Shown piece by piece: positions 18,435 to 27,793 of a DNA stretch of 64,000 nucleotides (position 1 is the stretch's first letter; each line of letters starts with the position of its first letter). The translations under genes were made by a program, and so were the position numbers. Origin of the DNA: Planctomycetaceae bacterium (GTDB lineage: Bacteria; Planctomycetota; Planctomycetia; Pirellulales; UBA1268); NCBI GenBank assembly GCA_021300535.1, contig JAJTED010000014.1, positions 15,234-79,233 on the forward strand. Direction: 5' to 3'. Below the pieces are notes generated by a model. It did no database searches. It was not told where the DNA came from and saw only the letters and a program-made list of their open reading frames with translations.

Positions 18435-20138
18435 ATGTTGAACTGCCGCCCCCTTCCGCTTCGCCTCTCCGCTTGGCTGCTGGGTGCCTGCCTGCTGCTG
18501 GCCGGCCCCATCCGTGCCGTAGCCGACGACGCCCCGGGACAGGCCGATCTCGATAGGGCGATCGAGGCGAAGCTCTCGGTGGATCAGCTCGACGACTTCG
18601 GCCGAGTGCTCGACCTCTGCAAGAAGGCGATAGAGAAGGGGCTCGACGACGACGGCAAGAAGTTTGCCGAGGAGCTCTATACGGGCACGCTCATCGACCG
18701 GGCCGGCATGCTCGTCGAGGCGATCTTCGCCGCTCCCAGGCCCGACGCCCAGTGGCCGCGGATGCGGGCCTTCGCGATGCGTGATCTCAACGAGGTCGTG
18801 GAGCGGGATCCCAAGATCGGCCAGGCCCATCTGATGATGGCCCGGCTCCAGGCGTTGCCCGGCGGCAACCGCGAGCAGGCCGCGACCGCCGCCGCCAAGG
18901 CCCTGGAGCTCGTCGGCAACGACCGCCTCCAGCAGGCCCAGGCCCACGTCGTGCTCGGCTCGCTCGAGGACGACGTCGCCAAGCGGCTCGACCATCTCGG
19001 CAAGGCGGTGGACCTGGCCCCGCGTGACGTCGAGATCCGCCGCACCCGCGGCCTGGCGCTGCTGGTGGAGGATGAGTTCGACAAGGCCCGCGACGATCTG
19101 CTCGTGGCCACGGAGGAGGATGCCGACGACGCCGGGCTCTTCGAGGCCCTGGGCATGGCCTGCATGATGGGCGACCGGCTCGACGAGGCGGAGAAGGCGT
19201 TCAACCGCGCCCTGGAGATCGACCCCGAAGCCGCGGGCGTGCTCTTGCAGCGGGCCCGGCTACTGGCCGTCCGCGGCGAGAAGCAGCGGTCGCTCGCCGA
19301 CATCGACAAGGCGCTCGACATCGCTCCCGACGACACCTCGGCCCGGGTCCTGCGGGCCCGCGTGCACCAGCAGGCGGGCGACACGGAAAAGGCCCTGGCC
19401 GACCTGGAGGCGGTGCTCCGCGACGAGCCCGATCTGCCCGGCGCCCTGGAGCTTCGCGGCCTGATCGCCGCCGAGCAGGGCGACTACGACACCGCGATCC
19501 GCGACTTCCGCCGTCTCGTGGCCAAAAACCCCGACGATGCGGTGCTGGTCACGCAGCTGGGCACGCTCTACCTCGCGGCCAAGCAGCCCCGCGAGGCGAT
19601 CAGGCGGTTCACGCGGGCCCTCGAAATCGACGCGGAGAACTTCCCCAGCCGCCGCGGCCGTAGCGACGCCGAGATCACGATCGGCGACCACAAGGCGGCC
19701 CGCGCCGATCTGGAGAAGGCCCTCGAACTGCGGCCCGACGACACCGGCGTGCTCAACAACCTCGCCTGGCTGTTGGCCACGTCGCCCGACAACGATCTGC
19801 GCGACGGCAAGCGGGCGATCGAGCTGGCGGCCAAGGCCTGCGAGAAAACGGAATGGAAGGAGGCCCACATCGTGAGCACGCTCGCCGCCGGCCACGCGGA
19901 GACGGGCGACTTCGCCGCAGCGATGAAGTTCAGCCGCCAGGCGGTGGAGCTCGAGGAAGACGCGGCCGAGGTGAAGGAGCAGCTGCGGCAGGAGCTGGCC
20001 AGCTACGAGGCGGGCAAACCCTGGCGGGAGCGGCAGGAGGTCCCGGAAGCCGAAGCCCGGCCGGGCCCGGCCGCTCCGGCCGACGAGCAGAAGACGGCGC
20101 AGGAGCCGCGCAAGCCCCGCCGCCCGTTCGACGAGTAG
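18435..20138 (+). CDS. secreted TPR repeat protein
   Basis: 567 aa from ATG 18435, with AGGAGG at 18425-18430. Signal peptide followed by many TPR units (..ALE.DP....). Confidence 0.8.
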   Translation: MLNCRPLPLRLSAWLLGACLLLAGPIRAVADDAPGQADLDRAIEAKLSVDQLDDFGRVLDLCKKAIEKGLDDDGKKFAEELYTGTLIDRAGMLVEAIFAAPRPDAQWPRMRAFAMRDLNEVVERDPKIGQAHLMMARLQALPGGNREQAATAAAKALELVGNDRLQQAQAHVVLGSLEDDVAKRLDHLGKAVDLAPRDVEIRRTRGLALLVEDEFDKARDDLLVATEEDADDAGLFEALGMACMMGDRLDEAEKAFNRALEIDPEAAGVLLQRARLLAVRGEKQRSLADIDKALDIAPDDTSARVLRARVHQQAGDTEKALADLEAVLRDEPDLPGALELRGLIAAEQGDYDTAIRDFRRLVAKNPDDAVLVTQLGTLYLAAKQPREAIRRFTRALEIDAENFPSRRGRSDAEITIGDHKAARADLEKALELRPDDTGVLNNLAWLLATSPDNDLRDGKRAIELAAKACEKTEWKEAHIVSTLAAGHAETGDFAAAMKFSRQAVELEEDAAEVKEQLRQELASYEAGKPWRERQEVPEAEARPGPAAPADEQKTAQEPRKPRRPFDE

Positions 20139-20189
20139 GTCATACGTGCTAGCGCCCGTGGGTTATTGGGAACACGCACACGACACGCC

Positions 20190-20395
20190 CACAAAAAGCC
20201 CCCGGCGGGAGCCGGGGGACTCCGGGTCACCTGCCTCCCCGCTCACAATGCACCACGGTTTCGAGCCACGAAATCACCTGCCGTCGTGCGGCATGGATGA
20301 CGGGCTGGTTTTCGGACCCGGTGTCCCCGGGCTCCCGCCCGGGGCTTCTTGGACCACGCGCATCACCCACACAAAAAACCCCCGGCGCCTCGGGC
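20190..20395. repeat. family-1 REP hairpins (two clear, one degenerate)
   Basis: Cores at 20199-20218 and 20325-20344. A degenerate copy lies at 20371-20395. Confidence 0.8.
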
Positions 20396-20427
20396 TTCAC
20401 GGGCATCCGCTAAACAGCCAGCCTCGT

Positions 20428-21060
20428 TTGCGACTCTGGCTCGTCGCCTTTGCCGCTCTCCTCCTCGCCGGGCTCGCCGCGGTGGCCGCGGCGGCGGCGG
20501 AGCCGCGGGAGCGGACGGTGATGCGGGAGTTGCCGCCTGCGGCGGTGCTCGATCGGCCGCCGTCGCAGCGGGAGCTCGTCGATGCGCGGGCGGAGTTGCA
20601 GCGGCGGTTTCGGGAGCCGCTGTTTCGGGCAAGCACGACCGCCGGGGCGAATCGCGCGGCCGAGGTGCTCCTCGACGCCGCGATCGCGGAGCCGGATCGG
20701 GCGCTGAAGTGGGCGATGTTCACGAAGGCCCGGCGGCTGGCGGCGGCGGCGGGCAACGCGCTGGTGATCGATCAGGCGATCGTGCTGGCGTCGGCGAGTT
20801 ACGACTTCGACGAGATCGAGGCCGAGCTACGGACCCTCACCGAGATTCCGCTGCGGGGCCTCGATCCGGGCCGGGCCATGCGGCTGGCGGAGGTGGCGGA
20901 GCGGCTGGCGACGCGGGCCGAGACCGACCGGCGGTTCGACGACGCCCTTGCGGCGCAGTCACTGGCGGTCCGGGCCTGGCAGCGGGTGGGCAACAAGGCG
21001 GCGGCGTTGAAGGCGGCCGAGCGTCACGACGCCATCGCGGGCCAGCGGCCGCCCCTGTAG
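20428..21060 (+). CDS. hypothetical secreted helical protein
   Basis: A putative TTG start at 20428 gives signal peptide RLWLVAFAALLLAGLAAVAAAAA. The track ORF from 20146 begins inside REP elements. Confidence 0.4.
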   Translation: MRLWLVAFAALLLAGLAAVAAAAAEPRERTVMRELPPAAVLDRPPSQRELVDARAELQRRFREPLFRASTTAGANRAAEVLLDAAIAEPDRALKWAMFTKARRLAAAAGNALVIDQAIVLASASYDFDEIEAELRTLTEIPLRGLDPGRAMRLAEVAERLATRAETDRRFDDALAAQSLAVRAWQRVGNKAAALKAAERHDAIAGQRPPL

Positions 21061-21106
21061 TGGGCGCTTTCCGACCGTCGTGCCTCCCGCGTGCCCCCGC
21101 CCCTCC

Positions 21107-21184
21107 GTGGCGCATGCCTCCAGGCATGCGAATGGGCCCCTGCGCACCCAAACCCTCATTCGCACGCCTGGAGGCGTACGCCAC
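21107..21184. repeat. family-2 REPIN, second copy
   Basis: GTGGCGCATGCCTCCAGGCATGCGAAT at 21107-21133 and ATTCGCACGCCTGGAGGCGTACGCCAC at 21158-21184. Confidence 0.78.
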
Positions 21185-21945
21185 AAAAAGCCCCCGGCGG
21201 AAGCCGGGGGACTCCGGGTTGCACGCCTTCCCAGTTGCCATGCTGCGCGGGCTTGAACCGGCAAAGCACCTGCCGTCATGCGGCATGGATGGCGGGATGG
21301 TTTTCGGACCCGGAGTCCCCGGGCTCCCGCCCGGGGCTTCTTGGACCGCCCCACGAAAACTCCGGCCGGGCGTGACGACCGCAACTCCCTTGAGGCCACG
21401 CGCACCACCGCCCACAAAAAGCCCCCGGCGGAAGCCGGGGGACTCCGGGTCACCTGCCTCCCCGCTCACAATGCGCCACGGTTTCGAACCACGAAAGCAC
21501 CTGCCGTCGTGCGGCATGGATGACGGGCTGGCTTTCGGACCCGGAGTCCCCGGGCTCCCGCCCGGGGCTTCTTGGAACACGCACGCCACCCACACAAAAA
21601 GCCCCCGGCGGGAGCCGGGGGACTCCGGGTTTCACCCGTTCCCAGTTGCCATGCTGCGCGGGCTTGAACCGGCAAATCACCTGCCGTCGTGCGGCATGGA
21701 TGGCGGGATGGCTTTCGGACCCGGTGTCCCCGGGCTCCCGCCCGGGGCTTCTCGGAACACGCACGCCACCCACACAAAAAGCCCCCGGCGGAAGCCGGGG
21801 GACTCCGGGTTGCACGCCTTCCCAGTTGCCATGCTGCGCGGGCCTGAACCGGGAAAGCACCTGCCGTCGTGCGGCATGGATGACGGGCTGGCTTTCGTGC
21901 CCGGAGTCCCCGGGCTCCCGCCCGGGGCTTCTTGGACCACGCACG
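21185..21945. repeat. tandem array of family-1 REPINs (8 hairpin cores, 180 bp period)
   Basis: Cores at 21191, 21317, 21422, 21548, 21602, 21728, 21782 and 21908 (each 20 nt). The intervening sequence is also conserved. Confidence 0.85.
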
Positions 21946-21981
21946 CGAAACCACGGAGCGACTGCGGCCTGCGCCCCGATC

Positions 21982-22392
21982 TCAGCGCTGCCGCTGCTGC
22001 GGATAGAAATGCGAAAAATTCTGGAACGTCGCCCGGTGCCCTGTCGGCCGAATCGACTCATCCAACTGTCGGGCGCTGGTGTCTCGCTGGATCTGCTGCA
22101 CCTGATTCTGCATCTTCGTCATCTGCCGGGCCTGCTGCAGTTGCATGATCTGCTGCTGCTGCTGCTGGAGCTGCGGCTGCACCAGCGTTTGGTACGCACT
22201 TTGGCCTTGCATCGGGTTCAGCCCCTGTTGCGACATCTGGATGTAGGGACTGACGGTCGGCCGACGATAGATCGTGGAAAACGGCAGATTGTTCTGCCCT
22301 TGCTGGGCCAGCGCCGTGCCGGCCGAGGCCGCGGCCACTGCCCCGATCGCCATCACCATCGCCCGCATCACCGCACGCATATCGCACGTCAT
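21982..22392 (-). CDS. secreted Gln-rich hypothetical protein
   Basis: 136 aa with a signal peptide (AIGAVAAASAGTALAQQ) and a poly-Q coiled segment. Lies 62 bp downstream of the wza-like gene. Confidence 0.5.
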   Translation of the reverse strand: MTCDMRAVMRAMVMAIGAVAAASAGTALAQQGQNNLPFSTIYRRPTVSPYIQMSQQGLNPMQGQSAYQTLVQPQLQQQQQQIMQLQQARQMTKMQNQVQQIQRDTSARQLDESIRPTGHRATFQNFSHFYPQQRQR

Positions 22393-22454
22393 CGCTTCGC
22401 TCCTGGCAGTCCGCTCTCCATCCTCATCCTACCGTCCGCCGCCGCCGTCGGCGA

Positions 22455-23822
22455 TCACTCGGCCACCTTGGGCATTTCGGCCTCATACTTCTTGATCACC
22501 TGATCCATGAGGGCCTTGACCGCCGCCTTCGCCACCGGCTTGTCTTGGATCCATGCCGCAAACTCCTCGCCGTGGGCCGCGTAGGCCTCACGCAGCCAGT
22601 CGGGGGCTTCCGTCAGCAGCCACGCCCTGAACAGCAGCCACTGGGGGTTTTCGGCCCCATACACCTCGCGAGCCACCCAGCAGAACCCGCCGCCGAAGTT
22701 CGGGTTGAAGCCGAAGGGGAAGCGGTTGATCTGCTGGATGGCACTGGAGCCGACCAGGGTGAAGCCGAAGATCCGCTCGAAGGGGGCCGTGATCTTGCCC
22801 ACGATGCTGTCGAAGGCGATCCACTGGTCCTGGGCGATAAACACCCGGTCGCCCGGCAGGAGCTGGTAGTTGGTGGCCGTCGAGCCCCCCTTCATGATCG
22901 CCTCGATGTCCACCGGCAGCACCTGATCGCAGCCCACGCCCGACGGGGCCGGCCGGGCGATCCAGATGTCCTTGCTGGAGAGCCGCGAGAGGCCGTTGAT
23001 CTGGGCCACGGCGTCGAGCACGGTCTCGTTGCCGGTGACGGGGAAGCGGCCCACCTGGTCGCCGAAGCCGGCGCCCTCGGTGATCACGTAGTAGACCTTC
23101 GAGTTGTAGGAAAACACGTCCACGCTCACGAGCGGGGCGTCGAGGTGCTTTTCGAGGTGCTTCTCGATCGCGGCCTTGGCCTCGTCGAGCGTCAGCCCGG
23201 TCACATACACGCTGCCGTAGGTGCCGAGGTTGATCGTGCCGTCGGGGCCCACGAGGTGCTCACCGGCGATCTGCTGCTGGCCGGCGGCCTGGGCGAGCGT
23301 GAGCGACACCTGCGGCTCCCGCAGCACCCGCTTGAGGTGGCGGAAGACGGAGTCTTGGGCCTCTTCGAGCGACTGCCCGCCGACCATCACCTTCCCGTAG
23401 GAGGGGCCGAGGTCGAGCATCCCGCCCGGTTCCACGACATAGAGTCCATTGATCGGCTGTTCGAGGAGGGTGCCTTCCACGATCACCTGCAGCGTGTCGA
23501 ACGACTGGATGCGGAACGGGGGCTTGGGAACCACCCGCAGGGCGTCCACGAGGAGGATGTCCGGCGGCTCGATCACATAGGCCGGCAGCGTCACCTTCGC
23601 GAGTTCCTTCGCCGGCAGCCGGGCGGGATCGGTGGGCGGGCAGTTGGCGTCGAGCATCGCCTGCTGCGTGGTGTTGTGCTGCGGCCTGCCAAATGTCTTG
23701 CAGCCGGTCACGGCCGCCGCGGCCGCCACGACAAGGAGCAGCCCGCAGAACCGGGCCAGCCGCGGCCCCCCCGCCTGCCCGGCGTGGAATCCGCTTGATT
23801 CGTGCTCGAAACGGCTGGCCAT
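22455..23822 (-). CDS. polysaccharide export protein (Wza-like, Poly_export + SLBB), lipoprotein
   Basis: ATG at 23822 gives lipobox AAVTGC. Two export/SLBB-type segments (LGPSYGKVMVGGQSLEEA; INLGTYGSVYVTGLTLDEA). About 75 aa of extra C-terminal sequence. Confidence 0.8.
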   Translation of the reverse strand: MASRFEHESSGFHAGQAGGPRLARFCGLLLVVAAAAAVTGCKTFGRPQHNTTQQAMLDANCPPTDPARLPAKELAKVTLPAYVIEPPDILLVDALRVVPKPPFRIQSFDTLQVIVEGTLLEQPINGLYVVEPGGMLDLGPSYGKVMVGGQSLEEAQDSVFRHLKRVLREPQVSLTLAQAAGQQQIAGEHLVGPDGTINLGTYGSVYVTGLTLDEAKAAIEKHLEKHLDAPLVSVDVFSYNSKVYYVITEGAGFGDQVGRFPVTGNETVLDAVAQINGLSRLSSKDIWIARPAPSGVGCDQVLPVDIEAIMKGGSTATNYQLLPGDRVFIAQDQWIAFDSIVGKITAPFERIFGFTLVGSSAIQQINRFPFGFNPNFGGGFCWVAREVYGAENPQWLLFRAWLLTEAPDWLREAYAAHGEEFAAWIQDKPVAKAAVKALMDQVIKKYEAEMPKVAE

Positions 23823-24062
23823 GGCAAACTCCTTGCGACCGGTAGAGTCACTGCGATCGGCTTCATCGGCACAACCAGACGGCAAACTTTGCCCGTGTTT
23901 CCGGCGAGGTGCGGGAGCGGGTTTGCGCGATTTCCGCAAACCCCCCCGCGCGGAGCGACAACGCCCTTACGAGGACGTAAACTTCGGGAACTTGGCGGTT
24001 GAGCATCGCGGGACCATGGGCGGCCGTCGCCACCCAGAGGAACGGAGTTCGCGCATCCCAAA

Positions 24063-24633
24063 ATGCCCATTCTCCCCAAACAACAAGACATCTATCCGGA
24101 TGACCTCCTGGACGTGGTCGAGGGCGCAGCAGGGAGGGAGCCGCCCGTTGCAGGCGGGCGATGGGTCGCCTTCTACACTCTCTCGCGGCGTGAGAAGGAT
24201 CTCATGCGGAAGCTGCAAGCCGCCGGCGTGCCCTTCTACGGCCCGATGGTCCGCCGCCGCCTCCACTCCGCGGGCGGCCGCGTGCGGTCGTCCTACGTCC
24301 CGCTTTTCCCCGGCTACGTATTCTCGCACGTTGACGACGAGCAGCGGCGTGCGGCCCTGGCAACCAACACGGTCGCCCGCTGGATTCCGATCGTCGACGA
24401 GCGAATGCTTGTCGACGACCTGCGGGCGATCAAGCGGCTCATCGACACCGAGAAGCCGCTCACCCCGGAGGCTCGAACCCGGCCAGTTGGTCCGCGTCCG
24501 AACGGGCGCCCTCCGCGGGCTCGAGGGCACGGTGGTCAAGCGGCGCGGGGCGGAGCGGCTCGTGGTCGCCGTGCGGTTTCTGAACCAGGGGGCGTCGATC
24601 GAGCTCGAAGACGTGGATTTGGAGCGGCTTTGA
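24063..24633 (+). pseudogene. UpxY/RfaH-like NusG paralog, NGN and KOW domains in different frames
   Basis: NGN domain (WVAFYTLSRREK...PLFPGYVF) is in frame 0 to about 24470. KOW domain (LEPGQLVRVRTGALRGLEGTVV...) is in the +1 frame and ends at 24633. Confidence 0.65.
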
Positions 24634-24655
24634 CTTTGTCGCGCAGGAAGCACTC

Positions 24656-26517
24656 ATGAATATCTCCGCACCACGCATGCCGTTTCGCCGCATCAACCGC
24701 CGGGCGGTCACGCTGCTCTTCGTGCACGCCGCGATCTTCGCGATCACCTATTTCCTCGCGTTCTTCATCCGCAACGACTTCAAGTTCGACGACTGGCTCC
24801 AGACCTACGCGGCGACGGTCGGCGGCGTGATCGCCATGAAACTGGCCGTCTTTTATTTCCTGGGCCATTGCCACGCCTCGTGGGCGCGGGTCGCGTTCGG
24901 GGACCTCACGAACCTGCTGTGGGGCGCCACGCTCTCGATGCTCGTGCTGACGACGATCGACAGTCTCTTCATCTCCACGGGCTTCTTCCGCGTGCCGCGG
25001 GTGCAGCGGAGCGTGGTCCTGCTCGACTGGGCCGGCACGGTCCTGCTGATCGGCGGCATGCGGACGATTTATCGCAGCCTGCGCGAGGAACTGCGGCCGC
25101 TGTTCTCCCGCCGGCCCGCCCGTTTGGCGATCATCGTGGGGGCGAATCGGGCCGGCGAACTGATTGCCCGCAACCTGATGGCCGCCTCCAAAAACCCCTA
25201 CTTCATCCTCGGCTTCCTCGACGACGACCCGCACCTCAAGCACACCCGCGTGGCGGGCATCGAGGTCCTCGGCGGCGTCGATCAGGCCAGTTACGAGGTC
25301 AACCGGCGACAGGTTGACGACGTGATCGTGCAGTCGGGCACACTCACCGGGAAACGGTTCCGCCGCCTTCTCGACGAATGTGCCGCCGCCGGGGCCACGG
25401 TAAAGGTGCTGCCGGCCATCGACGAGCTGCTCGACGGCCAGACCGATCCGTCGCACGTGTTGCTGCGGTCGGTCGAAATCAAGGACCTCCTGCGCCGCGA
25501 ACCGGTGAAACTCGACGACTCCGCGATCCGCGTGCTGATCGAGGGCCGCACCGTGATGGTGACGGGGGCCGGCGGCTCGATCGGCTCCGAGATCTGCCGC
25601 CAGGTGCTGCGGTTCTCGCCGCGGCGGCTGCTGCTGGTGGAACGCGGGGAGAACGCCCTGTTTCTCGTGGAGCAGGAGTTCTCCCGGCTCGATCCGAAGC
25701 CCGCCTTCGAGCCGCTCATCGCCGACATCACCGACGCCCACCGCATGGAGCAGATCTTCGCCACCTACCAGCCGGAGGTGGTGTTTCACGCGGCCGCCCA
25801 CAAGCACGTGCCGATGATGGAATGGAACCCGGCCGAGGCGATCAAGAACAACGTCCTCACAAGGCGGTGAATCCGACGAGCGTCATGGGCTGCTCGAAGC
25901 TGCTGGCCGAGCGGTTCGTGCAGGCGATATCACAGGAGTCGAAGACGAAGTTCATCGTGGTGCGGTTCGGCAACGTCCTGGCCAGCAACGGCAGCGTGGT
26001 GCCCACGTTCCAGGAGCAGATTCGCCGCGGCGGGCCGATCACGGTCACGCACCCGGGCATCGAGCGGTTCTTCATGACCATCCCCGAGGCCTCGCAGCTC
26101 GTGCTCCAGGCGGCCACGCTCGGCTCCGGAGGCGAGATCTTCGTGCTCGACATGGGCGAGAGCGTGAAGATCGTCGATCTGGCCCGCGACCTGATCGCCC
26201 TTTCCGGCCTCGAGCCCGACGACATCGAGATCGTGTTCACCGGCCTGCGGCCCGGCGAGAAGCTCTACGAGGAGCTCTACTTCGAAGGCGAGCGGCGTGT
26301 GTCCACGAAGCATCCGAAGGTGTTCTGCGCCATGCACCGCCCCGCCGAAATGCCGGCCGTCGAGGCGCTGCTCGAGGACCTGTCGGAAGTGATCGACGAG
26401 TCGCCGCAGGCGGTTCGCGCCCATCTTCGCGACGTCGTGCCGGAATACACGGGCGAGGTGGGCGACCAGCTCGCCGCGCCGCAGGCCGAGGAAATGCGCA
26501 AGGCCCGTGCCAAGTAG
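24656..26517 (+). pseudogene. PglF/WbpM/CapD-like membrane UDP-sugar 4,6-dehydratase with internal deletion and frameshift
   Basis: N-terminal TM region, two Rossmann folds and VMVTGAGGSIGSE. HAAAHKHVPMMEWNPAEAIKNNVL joins directly to KAVNPTSVMG. About 23 aa including the S-T-D of the catalytic STDK are missing. A stop lies at 25868-25870. Confidence 0.7.
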
Positions 26518-27793
26518 CCGTCTGCAGATGATCCCGGAAGTGCACGTCGCGGGCGATCCGGCGGCGCAGGGCATCCGCGTGCCGTTCGTGCGGCCGGCGC
26601 TGCCGCCCGTGGAGGCCGTTCGGCCCGCGATCGACGAGATCGTGCGCACCGGCCGGCTCACGAAGGGGCCCTACGTCGAGCGATTCGAGAAGGCGGTCGC
26701 GGAGCGGCTCGGCGTGCGGCATGCCGTGGCGGTGAGCAGCTGCACCGTGGGCCTGATGCTCGTGTATCGGGGGCTCGATCTGGCCGCCGGCAGCTGCCGC
26801 AGCCGCCGCGGGATCGCCGAAGCCTGCCCGGTGGCCGCGATGGAGCCGCTCTCGCGGTTCGGCGTGGCCCGGTCGGGAAGCCGCTCGGAGCCGCTGGGGG
26901 AGGTGATCATCCCCAGCTTCACGTTCCTGGCGGCCCCGGCGGCGATCGCCTGGAACAACCTCCGCCCCGTGTTCATCGAGGTCGATCCGCGCACGACCAA
27001 CGTCTCCCCGCAGGCGGTGAAGGCGGCGATCTCGCCCCGCACCGTCGCGATCGCCGCCTGCCACAACTTCGGCAACCCCTGCGATATCCCGGCGCTGGAG
27101 GCGATCGCCGTCGAGCATGGTCTGCCGCTGGTCATCGACGCGGCCCACGGGTTCGGCGCCAGCGTGCATGGCCGGCCGGTGGGAGCCGGCGGCACGGCGC
27201 AGGTGTTCAGCCTCTCGCCCACAAAGTTGCTCGTGGCCGGCGAGGGAGGCATCGTGGCCACCGATTGCGACTGCCTGGCCCACTTCGTGCGGCTGGGCCG
27301 CGAATATGGCAACGACGGCTCCTACGACGCGCTCTTCCCGGGCGTCAACGGCCGGATGCCGGAGATGAGCGCCGCGCTGGCGTTGGCGTCGCTCGAAATC
27401 CTCGACCAGGTATCGGCCCGCCGCAACGAGCTCGCCGGGCTGTATCGCGAGGAACTCTCCCAGCTTCCCGGCATCGGGTTCGTGGAAATCGCCGCGGGCG
27501 CCCGCTCGAGCCACAAAGACTTCTCGATCACGATTGATCCCACGCGGTTTGGCATGTCGCGCGACGCGCTGCGGCGTGCCCTGGCCGCGCGGGGCATCGA
27601 AACGCGGGCCTATTACGATCCTCCCTGCCATCGCCAGACGGCGTTCGAGCATTTCCATGACCGGATGCGGCCGCTCCCGCAGACCGAGATGCTCGCCTCC
27701 CGCAGCCTCGCCCTGCCGATGGGCGGCCACGTGAACGAGGCCGTCGTCGCCGATGTGTGCGAGACGATCGCCAACGCAAAGCACCTCGATTGA
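26507..27793 (+). CDS. DegT/DnrJ/EryC1/StrS (PglE-like) sugar aminotransferase
   Basis: Motifs EVIIPSFTF, DAAHGFGA and FSLSPTKLL (PLP-Lys). Carries a roughly 38-codon insertion before EVIIPSFTF. Confidence 0.85.
   Translation: MPSSRLQMIPEVHVAGDPAAQGIRVPFVRPALPPVEAVRPAIDEIVRTGRLTKGPYVERFEKAVAERLGVRHAVAVSSCTVGLMLVYRGLDLAAGSCRSRRGIAEACPVAAMEPLSRFGVARSGSRSEPLGEVIIPSFTFLAAPAAIAWNNLRPVFIEVDPRTTNVSPQAVKAAISPRTVAIAACHNFGNPCDIPALEAIAVEHGLPLVIDAAHGFGASVHGRPVGAGGTAQVFSLSPTKLLVAGEGGIVATDCDCLAHFVRLGREYGNDGSYDALFPGVNGRMPEMSAALALASLEILDQVSARRNELAGLYREELSQLPGIGFVEIAAGARSSHKDFSITIDPTRFGMSRDALRRALAARGIETRAYYDPPCHRQTAFEHFHDRMRPLPQTEMLASRSLALPMGGHVNEAVVADVCETIANAKHLD

Noticed and set aside
21185-21945. Possible CRISPR array (regular 180 bp periodicity of palindromic repeats)
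   Set aside because: The sequences between hairpins are themselves conserved from unit to unit, so there are no unique spacers. The repeat period is far too long, the hairpins alternate in orientation, and no cas genes are nearby.
20349-22148. 599-aa ORF, with 7941..9623 (minus), 21450..22061 and many 60-250-aa ORFs containing PGVPGFPPGA / SPRREPGDSG peptides
   Set aside because: These are translations of REP hairpins and arrays. The recurring peptides are simply the palindromic cores read in different frames.
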